This document shows positions 51,213-64,000 of a stretch of 64,000 nucleotides of DNA, one piece after another. How positions within the stretch are numbered: the stretch's first letter is position 1; every line of letters begins with the position of its first letter. The stretch spans positions 38,006,001 to 38,070,000 of the forward strand of contig NC_043012.1 of NCBI RefSeq assembly GCF_006345805.1, written 5' to 3'. This DNA is from Octopus sinensis. Taxonomy: Eukaryota. The translations under genes and the position numbers were made by a program. The notes beneath the pieces were generated by a model that did not search any database, had not been told where the DNA came from, and saw only the letters and a program-made list of their open reading frames with translations.

Positions 51213-52370
51213 TACTAGCAGCATAGCCCGGCGTTGCCCGGGTATGTAAGAGCCCCTAGTAGGCAACGACTAATCCCAATCTAGTCCTTTCCCTCTAGGG
51301 AACGAAGCGCATGTGTAGGTTGCAATGTCTTCTCTTCACTCTCAAATAACTATCAAACAGCTATCGATAATTCAACCCAACCATTCCTACCAGGAAGAAA
51401 TACATTCGAGACTTTACCCCAACACCGCCACTTCTGCTAATAGCTGCTGCAGCCGCAAGTTATTCGAATACTTTTTTTGTTTAACTTTCTTTATAACTAC
51501 CACCCCAAACGTTTTACCTTAAATTTTGACGTACCCTAAGGGTTCTCGGACGCTACTTGCAAACTCTTGGTTTATTATAAACCGCTTTTGTCGTGTGCAC
51601 CAAAAAACCTTTTCCATTCGTTTGTTCAATTTAGTCACTTTTGACTTTTTCGTTGTTGTCACTCACATTGCTGCCCGCTTTTTTGCCGTTTTTGTACATT
51701 TTTATACATTTTGGGATACTTACCCCACGTGTTCCGAGAGTTAAAAAGGTCGAGTTGCGTCCCCTAGACAGTCTGTGGTTTGTGTTTAATACACAAATCG
51801 GTTTGCTATGTGTGCCACATATGATTTAATTAACCGATTTTTCCAGTAATAAAGTATCCTATTGGAATAAAAAGGGCCATATAGCTCCTTGGAGCAGACA
51901 TGATGCTCGCTGTGAATTAAAAAAAAAAGTCCTGCCAATTTGTGAAAGATATTGTCGAAAATATGTCATCTTGAATTTGAACGCGATTTCCCAAAATAGC
52001 ATGATTTTATCGATTTTTTCTGATGGTAAGGTATTGCATAGAAAATTAACGCCAGAATTAAGTTTCTTAGGGTAACATTAAGCTTCACCATTAGTTTGGT
52101 GAAAATCGATTGCAAGTTGCGAAAACTACAACAGAAAATGTGTTGCATATAAAAAGCTTAGATTCTCGACCCCATGTCGAATTTATCGATTTTTTTCAGA
52201 ACTGGGGGAACTTTCCAAACTTTTCGCTGCGTTAGTTTTGAATTATGACATTGGGCTATGTGTGTGTCAAGTTTCATCAGAATCGGCTGAAAGCCGTGGT
52301 CAGGGTGAGGGTACAACCTGACAGACACACAGACAGACAAACTGCCGTTTATATATATATAGAGAGAGAT
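51213..52370 (+). mobile_element. Non-autonomous Helitron/Helentron-like element (Lep1/HINE-like)
   Basis: 5' tactagc...cccggcgttgcccggg; 3' caagtttcatcagaatcgg...(acag)n...tttatatatatatagag; inserted in an AT-rich tract. Family call is from recall. Confidence 0.6.
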
Positions 52371-52397
52371 ATATACATACATACACACACACACAAA

Positions 52398-52561
52398 TGC
52401 AGCGTGGAAGGTGTCTATAAGCCATTTAAAAACACATAGATTCACTTCAACATTTAAATTTAACTTTTCAAAGTATTTTGGCAAATTAAATTTAAATGGT
52501 GAAGTGAATCTAACGGCTTTTGCGCGAATTTAGATGGCTTATAAACACCTTCCACGCTGCA
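52398..52561. repeat. 164-bp foldback inverted repeat
   Basis: tgcagcgtggaaggtgt.tataagccat.taaa and tagattcacttca.catttaaatttaa each have a mirrored partner. Confidence 0.9.
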
Positions 52562-52623
52562 ACTGTTTTCGTTTCAGCACACGATCTCAGATCATGTCAC
52601 TTGCTATGGAAGTACATCTCCGA

Positions 52624-52669
<46 letters not shown>

Positions 52670-52685
52670 GTGTGTGTGTGTGTGT

Positions 52686-52720
<35 letters not shown>

Positions 52721-52955
52721 ATTCAGTGGCCAATCTAATTGCCCCTGGAAGGAACGTCGGTCTGTGACATGATTACTCGCTTTTGCCAGCTGAGTACATT
52801 GGGACAACGTGAAATGAAGTGTTTTGCTCAAGAGTACAACACATCACTCGGTCCAGGAATCGAAACCACAATCTCACGATCATGATTATAGTATAATCGT
52901 AACGTCATGACCAGTAAGCCACACATATAATATATATGTGTGTGTGTGTGTGTGT

Positions 52956-52998
<43 letters not shown>

Positions 52999-53179
52999 TA
53001 TACATATACACACACTTACACATACATGTATATCTGTATATATGCACAAATATGTATGTGTATGTTGTTTATATGCAAAAATGTATGTGTATCTCTCTCT
53101 CTATATATATATATATTATATATATAAATATAACTATAAATAGGTATGTATATATGTGTATATATATATACATACATAC

Positions 53180-53215
<36 letters not shown>

Positions 53216-53399
53216 ATATATCTTATTTTGTGTGTATATGCATGCGTGTGAATGTGTGTATGTGTGTTTGCACTACATTGTTTCTTAGTAATAGAGAAAG
53301 CAAATAAGACTTGAGTACGTGTTTTGAATGGAATCCGACTGATATTCAACAATGGCAGAGGTGAGAGTATCAAAACGTAGGTTAAAATCGCCACAGTAT

Positions 53400-53499
53400 N
53401 NNNNNNNNNNNNNNNNNNNNNNNNNNNNNNNNNNNNNNNNNNNNNNNNNNNNNNNNNNNNNNNNNNNNNNNNNNNNNNNNNNNNNNNNNNNNNNNNNNN
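53400..53499. other. Assembly gap (100 N)
   Basis: Direct inspection. Confidence 1.
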
Positions 53500-54380
53500 C
53501 ATATGGAAAGAATCTTATGAAAAACTTCTGGAATTCAAAACCATACTGAACAACATACATCCCAACATCCAATTCACTATGGAATTAAGCAAACATCATA
53601 TCCTTTCCTTGATCTCCTAATTATAAAACACCTAAGAACCAATCATAACAGACATCTACACAAACCTACAGACTCCAACAATACCCCCTCTTTAGTTCAT
53701 GCCACCCAAAACACACCAAGACAAATCCCTTTCAACTTAGCTAAAAGGGTAGCACCATTGTCTCGGATCCAAAACTCGAGAAATACGCCTTCAAGACCTA
53801 AAAAAAAACACTATTACAAGCCAAATACCCCCCCTTATAGATTATGAATAAAAAGCGCCAAAGAACTAGACAACATTACACTGAAAAACCCACCCAACAA
53901 CAACACACAATACCCCAAAATACTTCCATACATTTCACCCACAACCCCCAAAATATCGAAGCATACACCACAATCATACAAAACCTCACTCTACTGTCAA
54001 CAGACCCAAAAATGAATAACATTATAAATACACACAAAATCCTCAAATGTAAAAGGCAACACAAATCTTAAAAAAAACTCTTGACAAATGCCAAACTTCA
54101 CACACCACATCCACCCCCGGCAGTTAAAAAATGTGCACGCATAAACTGTGGCACCTGCCCCTTCCTACTTGAAGGCTCTGAATTTATCTTCAAACAAGGA
54201 ATGAAGTTTAAAATCAAGACCAACTTCTCCTGTTCCTCCGAGAACCTTATCTACGTTCTCACATGCGCCGGTTGCCAACATAATTATGTTGGACAAACGA
54301 GCCTCCCGTTACGTAAACGAGTAGCGGTGCATAAAGAACAAATAAATCTCCCGGAATACCGGCAAATCCTACTGAGTGTC
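53500..54380 (+). mobile_element. Penelope-like RT thumb + GIY-YIG endonuclease fragment, disrupted
   Basis: LNNIHPNIQFTME, KPTD, IPFNLAKR, CGTCPF...NLIYVLTCAGCQHNYVGQT...RKRVAVHKEQI; cut by the gap on the left and a SINE body on the right. Confidence 0.9.
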
Positions 54381-54696
54381 CTCCCAACTTCGTTTGACAA
54401 CCGATGCAGGTGTGTTTACGTCCCCGTAACTTAGCGCTTCAGCAAAACACACCGATAGAATAAGTACTAGGCTAGAATAAGTCCTGGGCTCGATTTGCTC
54501 GACTAAAGGTTGTGCTCCAGTATGGGCAGTCAAATGATTGAAACAAAAGAATAAAACAATATTAATGGATAAACATAGGATAAGGAACAGGTTAGCCAAC
54601 AGGAAGAAGTAGGAGAAGGAGGAGGAAGAGGAGGAGGAGGAGAAGAAGAAGAAGAAGAAGAAGAAGAAGAAGAAGAAGAAGAAGAAGAAGAAGAAG

Positions 54697-54732
<36 letters not shown>

Positions 54733-55100
54733 AACAAGAAAGCACTCAAGGAGCGCAAACGTCCGCCAAGGCACCACCAACGTCCTCTCAACAATTAGCT
54801 GGAAAGGATTTTTAAAATGAGAATAATCTGAAATAAACTCAACTGCTCTCACAAACGAGAATACTAAAAATGACCGCTCTCACAAATTAAGTAAAAAACA
54901 GGAAAAATAATCCAGAATCCTTGTCCGGTACCGGATCGATCCCAAAATCTAATCAGTTCGTGCCAGTCACGAGGCCAAACATCCCTGAAAGTTCCATCGG
55001 AATCCATCCAGCGGTTCTTGAGATATTTTGTTCACCACGGACAAACAAACAAACAAACACGACTGAAAATAATACCTCCGCCTTCGCTAAGGCGGAGGTC
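54733..55100 (+). mobile_element. Helentron-associated (HINE/DINE-1-like) non-autonomous element
   Basis: 5' ccgccaagg subterminal repeat; (aaac)n; 3' hairpin acctccgcctt-cgct-aaggcggaggt (55074-55099). Confidence 0.65.
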
Positions 55101-55201
55101 ACAAGAAATAGTAGTAGTAGTAGGAAGAGGAAGAGGAAGAGGAGAAGAAGAAGAAAAAGAGTAGTAGTAGTTGTAGAAGAAGAAGAAGTAGTAGTAGTAG
55201 T

Positions 55202-55243
<42 letters not shown>

Positions 55244-55974
55244 TAAAAATAATAATAAGAAGAGTAACAACAATAGCCACAACAATAGCAGCAGCAACAA
55301 CAACAACAACGACAGCAGTAGTAACAGCAACAATATAATGCATGAACATATTACGCCGAACGAAAATAAGAAGAAGCAACACGTTTTTCATAAACATTCT
55401 TAAAAAAAAAAAGACTAAGCTGCATGTATGGAATATTTGCTGAAAGAACTAAAGCCAGGAAGCATTTTGTGCGGAAGACAAGTAACAGCGTATTACAGTC
55501 TTTCACAGAAGCGTGCGAGAGGAGGAGAATTACTTAGTATTTTGTCAAGTCACAAAAGCTTTTTGTGTTTCATCCAAAGAAATTTTAGAAATAGCAGTCG
55601 CAGATATTTTGAGCGAAGCCCCTTTTATTGCGAGAGGAAGTGATTCCAAAGGTGTCTTCTTAAATGCAGACAGCGGGATAAGAGCACGCTAAAATTGCAC
55701 TTGACTCATGCCCATATATTAACTCCACAATATTTAGGAAGAAGAAAGAGAAGAATCACGGACAGAGTTAACGGTGACCCTTCGACCTCTGGCTAATAAT
55801 TAATATGGACAGACGACCAGGGTTGATGCAAAATTTGGTGGTATGTAGGCTAGAGGGATCTCCATGGATATAGAAATCCTTCTGATGTAGCAAGACCGCG
55901 AAACGATACCAGAATTATGTCCTTTAGAAAGTGATTCCAGGAAGACCTTAAAACTCAGCATTTAAGCTTGACGA

Positions 55975-56377
55975 TATGTGACTGTGTGGTAAGAAGCTTG
56001 CTTCCCAACCACATGATTCCAGGTTCAGTCCTACTGTGTGGTACCTTGGGTAAGTGTCTGCTGCTATATCCTCGAGCCGACTAAAGCCTTGTGAGTGGAT
56101 TTGGTACACGGGAACTGAAAGAAGCCCGTCGTATATATGTATATATTAATAATAATATATATATATATAATATATATATATATATTATAATATATATATA
56201 TATGTGTATGTGGTGTGTGCGCGCCTCCAGCGTCCGTGCGTTGTCTTTGTGTATCGCATTTGTCCCTACCATCGCTTGTCAGTGATGTTGATGTGTTTAC
56301 GTGCCCACAACTTAGCAGTTAGGCAAAAATAACCGATAAAATAAGTACCTAGCTTTAAAAAGTCCTGGGGTAGATTT
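55975..56377 (+). mobile_element. SINE family A
   Basis: Head, CORE-like segment, TA tract and body as at 2292. Confidence 0.82.
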
Positions 56378-56429
56378 ATCTAAGATCCCTTAGATAAATA
56401 AGTAAATTTTCCCCTTCGAAATAGTTACG

Positions 56430-56965
56430 GTGCATTATCGTCGTGAAGAATCCAATTCGCTTTCGCCGAATGTCCTCCATCAAATGTTTCAAAACGTTAC
56501 ACTGGAAATCTCGATTGACGGTCTGACCCAGGAGGGGGACGGATTCTCGATGAACAATACCGCAGATGTCAAGAAAAACAAACAAACAAAACCAATAAGA
56601 ATGCTCTTGATTCAGCCGTGGTTCGGTCGTGCCTTCTTTGGTCGTCACAGGGTCGTATCCGTGGACCCAGCTCTCGTTACCGGTGATGATCCTCGACATG
56701 AAGGATGGGTCATCAGTGTGGTACGCTGACGGAGATGTCGACAGACTTCGACGCGATGTTCTTTCTGTTTAGTGGTCAGCAGCCAGTGCAACAAACTTAG
56801 CAGAGACATGCCGCATCCTCAATTCAGACGTTAGAACTTCTTGCAAAGACCCGTACGACAGATTGTCTCCACATTTGCTGCGGTGACGCTCGTAGCAGGT
56901 CTCCCAGGAGAGGCCTTCCAGATCGCTAATCGTCTTCTAGGGACGTTCCTCCGCTTTTGATGCGC
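56430..56965 (-). pseudogene. mariner transposase remnant
   Basis: FEWHERIKSGGTSLEDD*RSGRP, MRHVSAKFV, SRIITGNESWVHGYDP, FLDICGIVH...GQTVN. Confidence 0.88.
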
Positions 56966-57240
56966 TCGTGCCACTCGAAACCCTGCGTCACAATTTGGCA
57001 CCAGATTGTAGATAACGTCAGACTGCACCAGTTGTACCGACTGCTGATTTTTCCTTTAGGGTTTATTCTCGAAGCTTTTTTTATGGCTGGGTACGGATTC
57101 TTGGTAGCGGAAGTTTGGAATCAAGGTCTTCCTTCCCTTAGAAGGGTCGCCTCTTCCTTCCCTTAGAAGGGCCGCCTCTTCCTTTCCAAGCAAACGAGTT
57201 CCATTTGCTCGACTGAATTGTTAATAAACCCATATGTATA

Positions 57241-57420
57241 TAATTCTTGTTTGAAATGGTGGATCTCGAAGCAGATAGAGCTATGAATAATAATATGTAG
57301 AAATTGGGTAAAAAATATCTTTAGGTAGAAAAAAGGGCTTTTTAACCCAATATTTATACAGTATACGGTATGATTTATAGCTTTATCTGCTTCGAGATCC
57401 ACTGTTCCAGAAAAGAATTA
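57241..57420. repeat. 48-bp imperfect inverted repeats around an 84-bp spacer (MITE-like)
   Basis: gtggatctcgaagcagata.agctat at about 57259 is mirrored at about 57373-57405. Confidence 0.7.
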
Positions 57421-57566
57421 TTTCACGTTCTCTCGAGCGGCAATAACATATACATGGATATTCACATATATACATACATAAGTATTTATGTATGTATGTA
57501 TGTATGTATGTATGTATGTATGTATGTATGTATGTATGTATGTATGTATGTATGTATATGTATATT

Positions 57567-57617
<51 letters not shown>

Positions 57618-57995
57618 TGTGCAGATATATTTGTGTATATATGTATATGTATGTGTATATATCTATATGCATTACATATATATACATATATATTTATATA
57701 TATATTTGTGTGTGTATATATATATTTATATACATGTGCGTATATGTGTGTGTGTGTGTGTGCGTGCGCGCGCGTGTGTGTGTATGTATATGTATAGACG
57801 CATGCATACATACATACATTAATAGTACATACATTTTCCCTATACATTTGTAAATGTGTACAGAAAAAAAGAAAGAGAGAGTGAGAAATAAGTGAGAAAG
57901 AGAGATTTGGCATTTTGTTCAGTTTTTGAAGATTACTCATTGAACAAAATATTATTACATTTTCAACCGGAAATTAACCGTAAATTCTCATTATA

Positions 57996-58265
<270 letters not shown>

Positions 58266-58436
58266 TGACTATCTACCCGTCCAACCAAGTGTATAGAAGT
58301 TATAATCGGATACGTTTTGGTTCAGAGGAGATATTTTTTCCTCCAGTAATCTATGGAAAGCGGATGCCTTTGTGTTCGTGAGAATCTCTCACTCTTCGTC
58401 CCCCTTCTCTCTCTGTCTCACCGCCTCTTCCTCTCA

Positions 58437-58477
<41 letters not shown>

Positions 58478-59041
58478 ATGTGTGTATACGTATATATTTA
58501 CAAGTTTCTCTGTATGGGTTTGTATACGTTGCCTAATCATAAAAGTAAGACACATTACCACAATAACGCAGAAGAAAACAAACTTATACTAGAAACGAAA
58601 AACCGGTTAGAAAGAAGATTATAACTGGTTTCTAAGCAGTTAACGCAGCATCAGATATTAACCAATGTTTACACTTAGGAAAAAAAAAAAAAGGAAAATA
58701 AGAAGAAAATAAAGTATATATATTTTCGAAATGTCACCGAAATTCAATAAACAATTTACTTGTTTGATCGACAATTTTTACATATTTTTCTTATATTAGT
58801 TGTTTGTCTTGTTTCATTCTCCAAGATATATGAAGACGTGATGTTCTATAATGCTTCTACATTATTTTCCATTTTCTTAAGATGATTATATCAAATATTT
58901 GAGTTGTCTGTCTGTCTTTATAGAACATGAACGAAGACAAAATTCTATAAACATAGACGTAGAACACAAACATATACACCCATATATACATATGAATATA
59001 TACACGTATATATACATATATCTAATATATATTGTATATAT

Positions 59042-59097
<56 letters not shown>

Positions 59098-59613
59098 TTA
59101 TATACATATATATATATACGTATACATATGCATATATAGATACTTATATATATATATTATATATATATATATATAATATATATATATATATCTATACGTG
59201 TATATATATAGTGTGTGTGTTTGTGTGTATGCATTACTTATTATAATATATGTATCACGTTGAGCAAGTACCCTAAAAAAGTAAAGAAAGATCAGAGGTT
59301 TATGAAAATAAATAAACTAATAAACAAATAAATGAATAAATAACGTAAAGGTAGGGAAAGGAAATGAAAAGAAAAAATTCAATAATTTTTACAGTGTAAT
59401 GCTGCCATCTTTGAATTGCTTCTATCACGTGATCCAACAATTAGAGTTTCACGATTATTATTATGGCTGTAGCGTTAAAAGAAGTTTTGGTTATTTTTCT
59501 CTGTAATGGAAATGTCTTAAATATTTAGCTTTCACACATACGCATATACTCAAACACATTTAGTAATTATAATGTATATGCATATATATCTATGTGTATA
59601 GTAGATATATAGA

Positions 59614-59695
<82 letters not shown>

Positions 59696-60013
59696 TGCGT
59701 TAGTATATATATGCGTAAGTATATATGTTGTGTGTGTACATATATATATATACTCACACACCATATACATATATATGTATGCATGTATACAACACTCACG
59801 CACGTATATGCGCATGTCATTTGCATACATATATACATTTATATGCATACATATATATACACACAGACACGCACACAGGCACATATGCATACATACCTCA
59901 TATATATATGTGCATAAAATACTCTATGTATTTATATATATATATATATTATATATATATATATATATAATGTATGTATATATATCAGCTGTCTGTCTGC
60001 CTCTCTCTCTCTG

Positions 60014-60062
<49 letters not shown>

Positions 60063-60891
60063 TTTATCGGTGTGTGTTTGTATGTGCGCGTGTCTCTGTA
60101 TGGATGTGTATATGTACTGAAAGGCGAGTGAGTAAGAGTCGCTACTTGGTGTTCCTTCTTTCCCGATCTGACGTAATCTGAAGATATACAATGAAAGCCT
60201 CTGATTAGCGTCGTTCACAAACTCAGCCTCCAATAAATACTTTCTCCTCTTTACCGAACAGTATTGAGTACTTTCTTTCCCTTAATTGCCTTTCACCTCT
60301 GGGTGATATCTCCATCAATCACACATACGTACGTAAATGTATAATATCTATCGTTGTGTGTGTCTGTGTGTCTGTATGTGTGTGTCAGTGCATATGTTTT
60401 GCGTGCGTAAATATGTTTGAGTGTGTCATTACTATACGAATCTGTTGTGAAAAAAAGTAAAAAAAATACCGATTTGTCCTCATAAGGTTGTGTTTTGTAA
60501 TAATGATTTCATTTGCAGTAAACACAGAACGAACCAAAGAAAACGAACCGGAATCGTTTTTACGTCAGCAACAAAAACAACTTTAATCAGAAAATAAAAT
60601 AAAATAGATGAGAATAATAGGTCTTTAACCTCGAGTCAAATGGTTTTTGTATTGGTGAGGAAGTCTCCAGAGAAAGAAATAGTAAACGGGTCTTGACTAT
60701 CATCAACGGTGGATGTGTTTAGTTGGGAAGGAAGGAAGGAAGGAAGGAAGGAAGGAAGGAAAGAATCGAAGGAAGGAAAGAATCGAAGGAAGGAAAAACG
60801 AAATGTGATTGCTGAGTAAACAGCTAAGTTTCGGTGGGGTGAATGCGAAAGGTCTACTAATCTAAATATACTGATATTCTTGGTTGATGCG

Positions 60892-60956
<65 letters not shown>

Positions 60957-60988
60957 CGATGACGATGACGATGACGATGATGATGATA

Positions 60989-61031
<43 letters not shown>

Positions 61032-61309
61032 CGATAAACAATAAAAAAGCAACAGCAATGTCGATAATGATATTTTTTCGCAGCCACAACTGTGATATGA
61101 TAAATAAGCACTTCAACTTGGTGAATAACAGCAAGGGCAAACATATATGATGCTGTTGCTGCTGCTGCTGTTTATTGTTGTTTTTGTTGTTTTTGTTGTT
61201 GCTATCCGTAGAGGAAAGACAGTGAGCAAAACTGAGAAAAACGATTGAAAAGAAATCTTCTCTCCGCAACAGAAGAGCGAAGCTTGATTTCTTCTGAAAT
61301 CCCTACAGT

Positions 61310-61475
61310 ATAAAGAAGAAGAAGGAGAAGAAGAAGAAGAAGAAGAAGAAGAAGAAGAAGAAGAAGAAGAAGAAGAAGAAGAAGAGAAGAAGAAGAGAAG
61401 AAGAAGAAGAGAAGAAGAAGAGAAGAAGAAGAAGAGAAGAAGAAGAGAAGAAGAAGAAGAGAAGAAGAAGAACAA
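61310..61475. repeat. (GAA)n tract with GAGAA variants
   Basis: Direct inspection. Confidence 0.92.
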
Positions 61476-62039
61476 CAACAACAACAGAGATGTAAACCTG
61501 GTGGTGTAAAAAGGAGGAAGATGAGGAAGTAGATGAGGGAGGTGTAGAAGTGGAGGAGTGATAAAGAAGAAGACCAAGAAGAAGAAGGAGGAGGAGGAGA
61601 AGAAGAAGAAAGTATGAGGAGACAAAAAGAAATGAAAGAAAGAATAAGAATAAGATGAAAGAAAAGAAAGGAAGAAAGAGAAGGGAAAACATTAAATTTA
61701 ATAGCAACAACAACTATTGCAATAACAATAACAACAGTATGAATAACTATAAAAGCTGGAAGAAGAAGAAGAAGGAAAGAAGAAGAAGGAAAGAAGAAAA
61801 AGGAGAAAGAAGAAGAAAAAGAAGAAAAAGGAGAAAGAGGGAGAAGAAGTATGAAAAGAAAAAGGAGAAAAAGAAGTAGAACAACAATGGCAACAATTAC
61901 AACTACTTGGAGAACACGATCGGTTGCAGCTCCAACATAAATAGCAAAAAATAGTGAGAACTTGCATGTAAACTATAACAACAACAACAACAACAACAAC
62001 ATCGACCATTCATATTTATGAACTGAAAGAAATGAAATC

Positions 62040-63965
<1,926 letters not shown>

Positions 63966-64000
63966 AAATGATAATGATTTTTTATGAGTAATAGTAATAA

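Noticed and set aside
53288-53399. CGDFNL as an APE endonuclease fragment
   Set aside because: Only one short motif next to the gap.
55420-55720. Possible degenerate RTE endonuclease region
   Set aside because: Only vague similarity; no intact catalytic motif.

Overview
Repeat-saturated animal genomic DNA with no convincing host protein-coding gene, rRNA, functional tRNA or CRISPR array. The microsatellite density and the tRNA-derived SINE families look like an Octopus-type cephalopod genome (inference from recall, no search run). Most ORFs in the supplied track are microsatellite translations. The real content is transposable elements: a near full-length R4/Dong-clade RLE retrotransposon and fragments of two further R4-like families; a full-length but disabled Tx1/L1-clade LINE; several Penelope-like (PLE) pieces, including a 3.8-kb head-to-head inverted insertion; a mariner remnant; Helitron/Helentron-like non-autonomous elements; MITEs; a 2-kb TIR element; a 158-bp tandem array; and many SINEs. 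About ten minimal type I hammerhead ribozyme (HHR) motifs can be read by eye, one fully canonical (22609-22681). The most interesting candidate is a composite non-autonomous element: tRNA-like head + (TAA)n + HHR module. It occurs twice, each copy bounded by short direct repeats. One copy has a PLE-style inverted arm starting at the ribozyme cleavage site. In both copies the internal TAA tract has been hit by Dong-type retrotransposons. All motif calls were made by eye; boundaries are approximate unless exact sequence is quoted. Scattered 1-nt indels and a 100-N gap suggest that some frameshifts may be sequencing or assembly noise.
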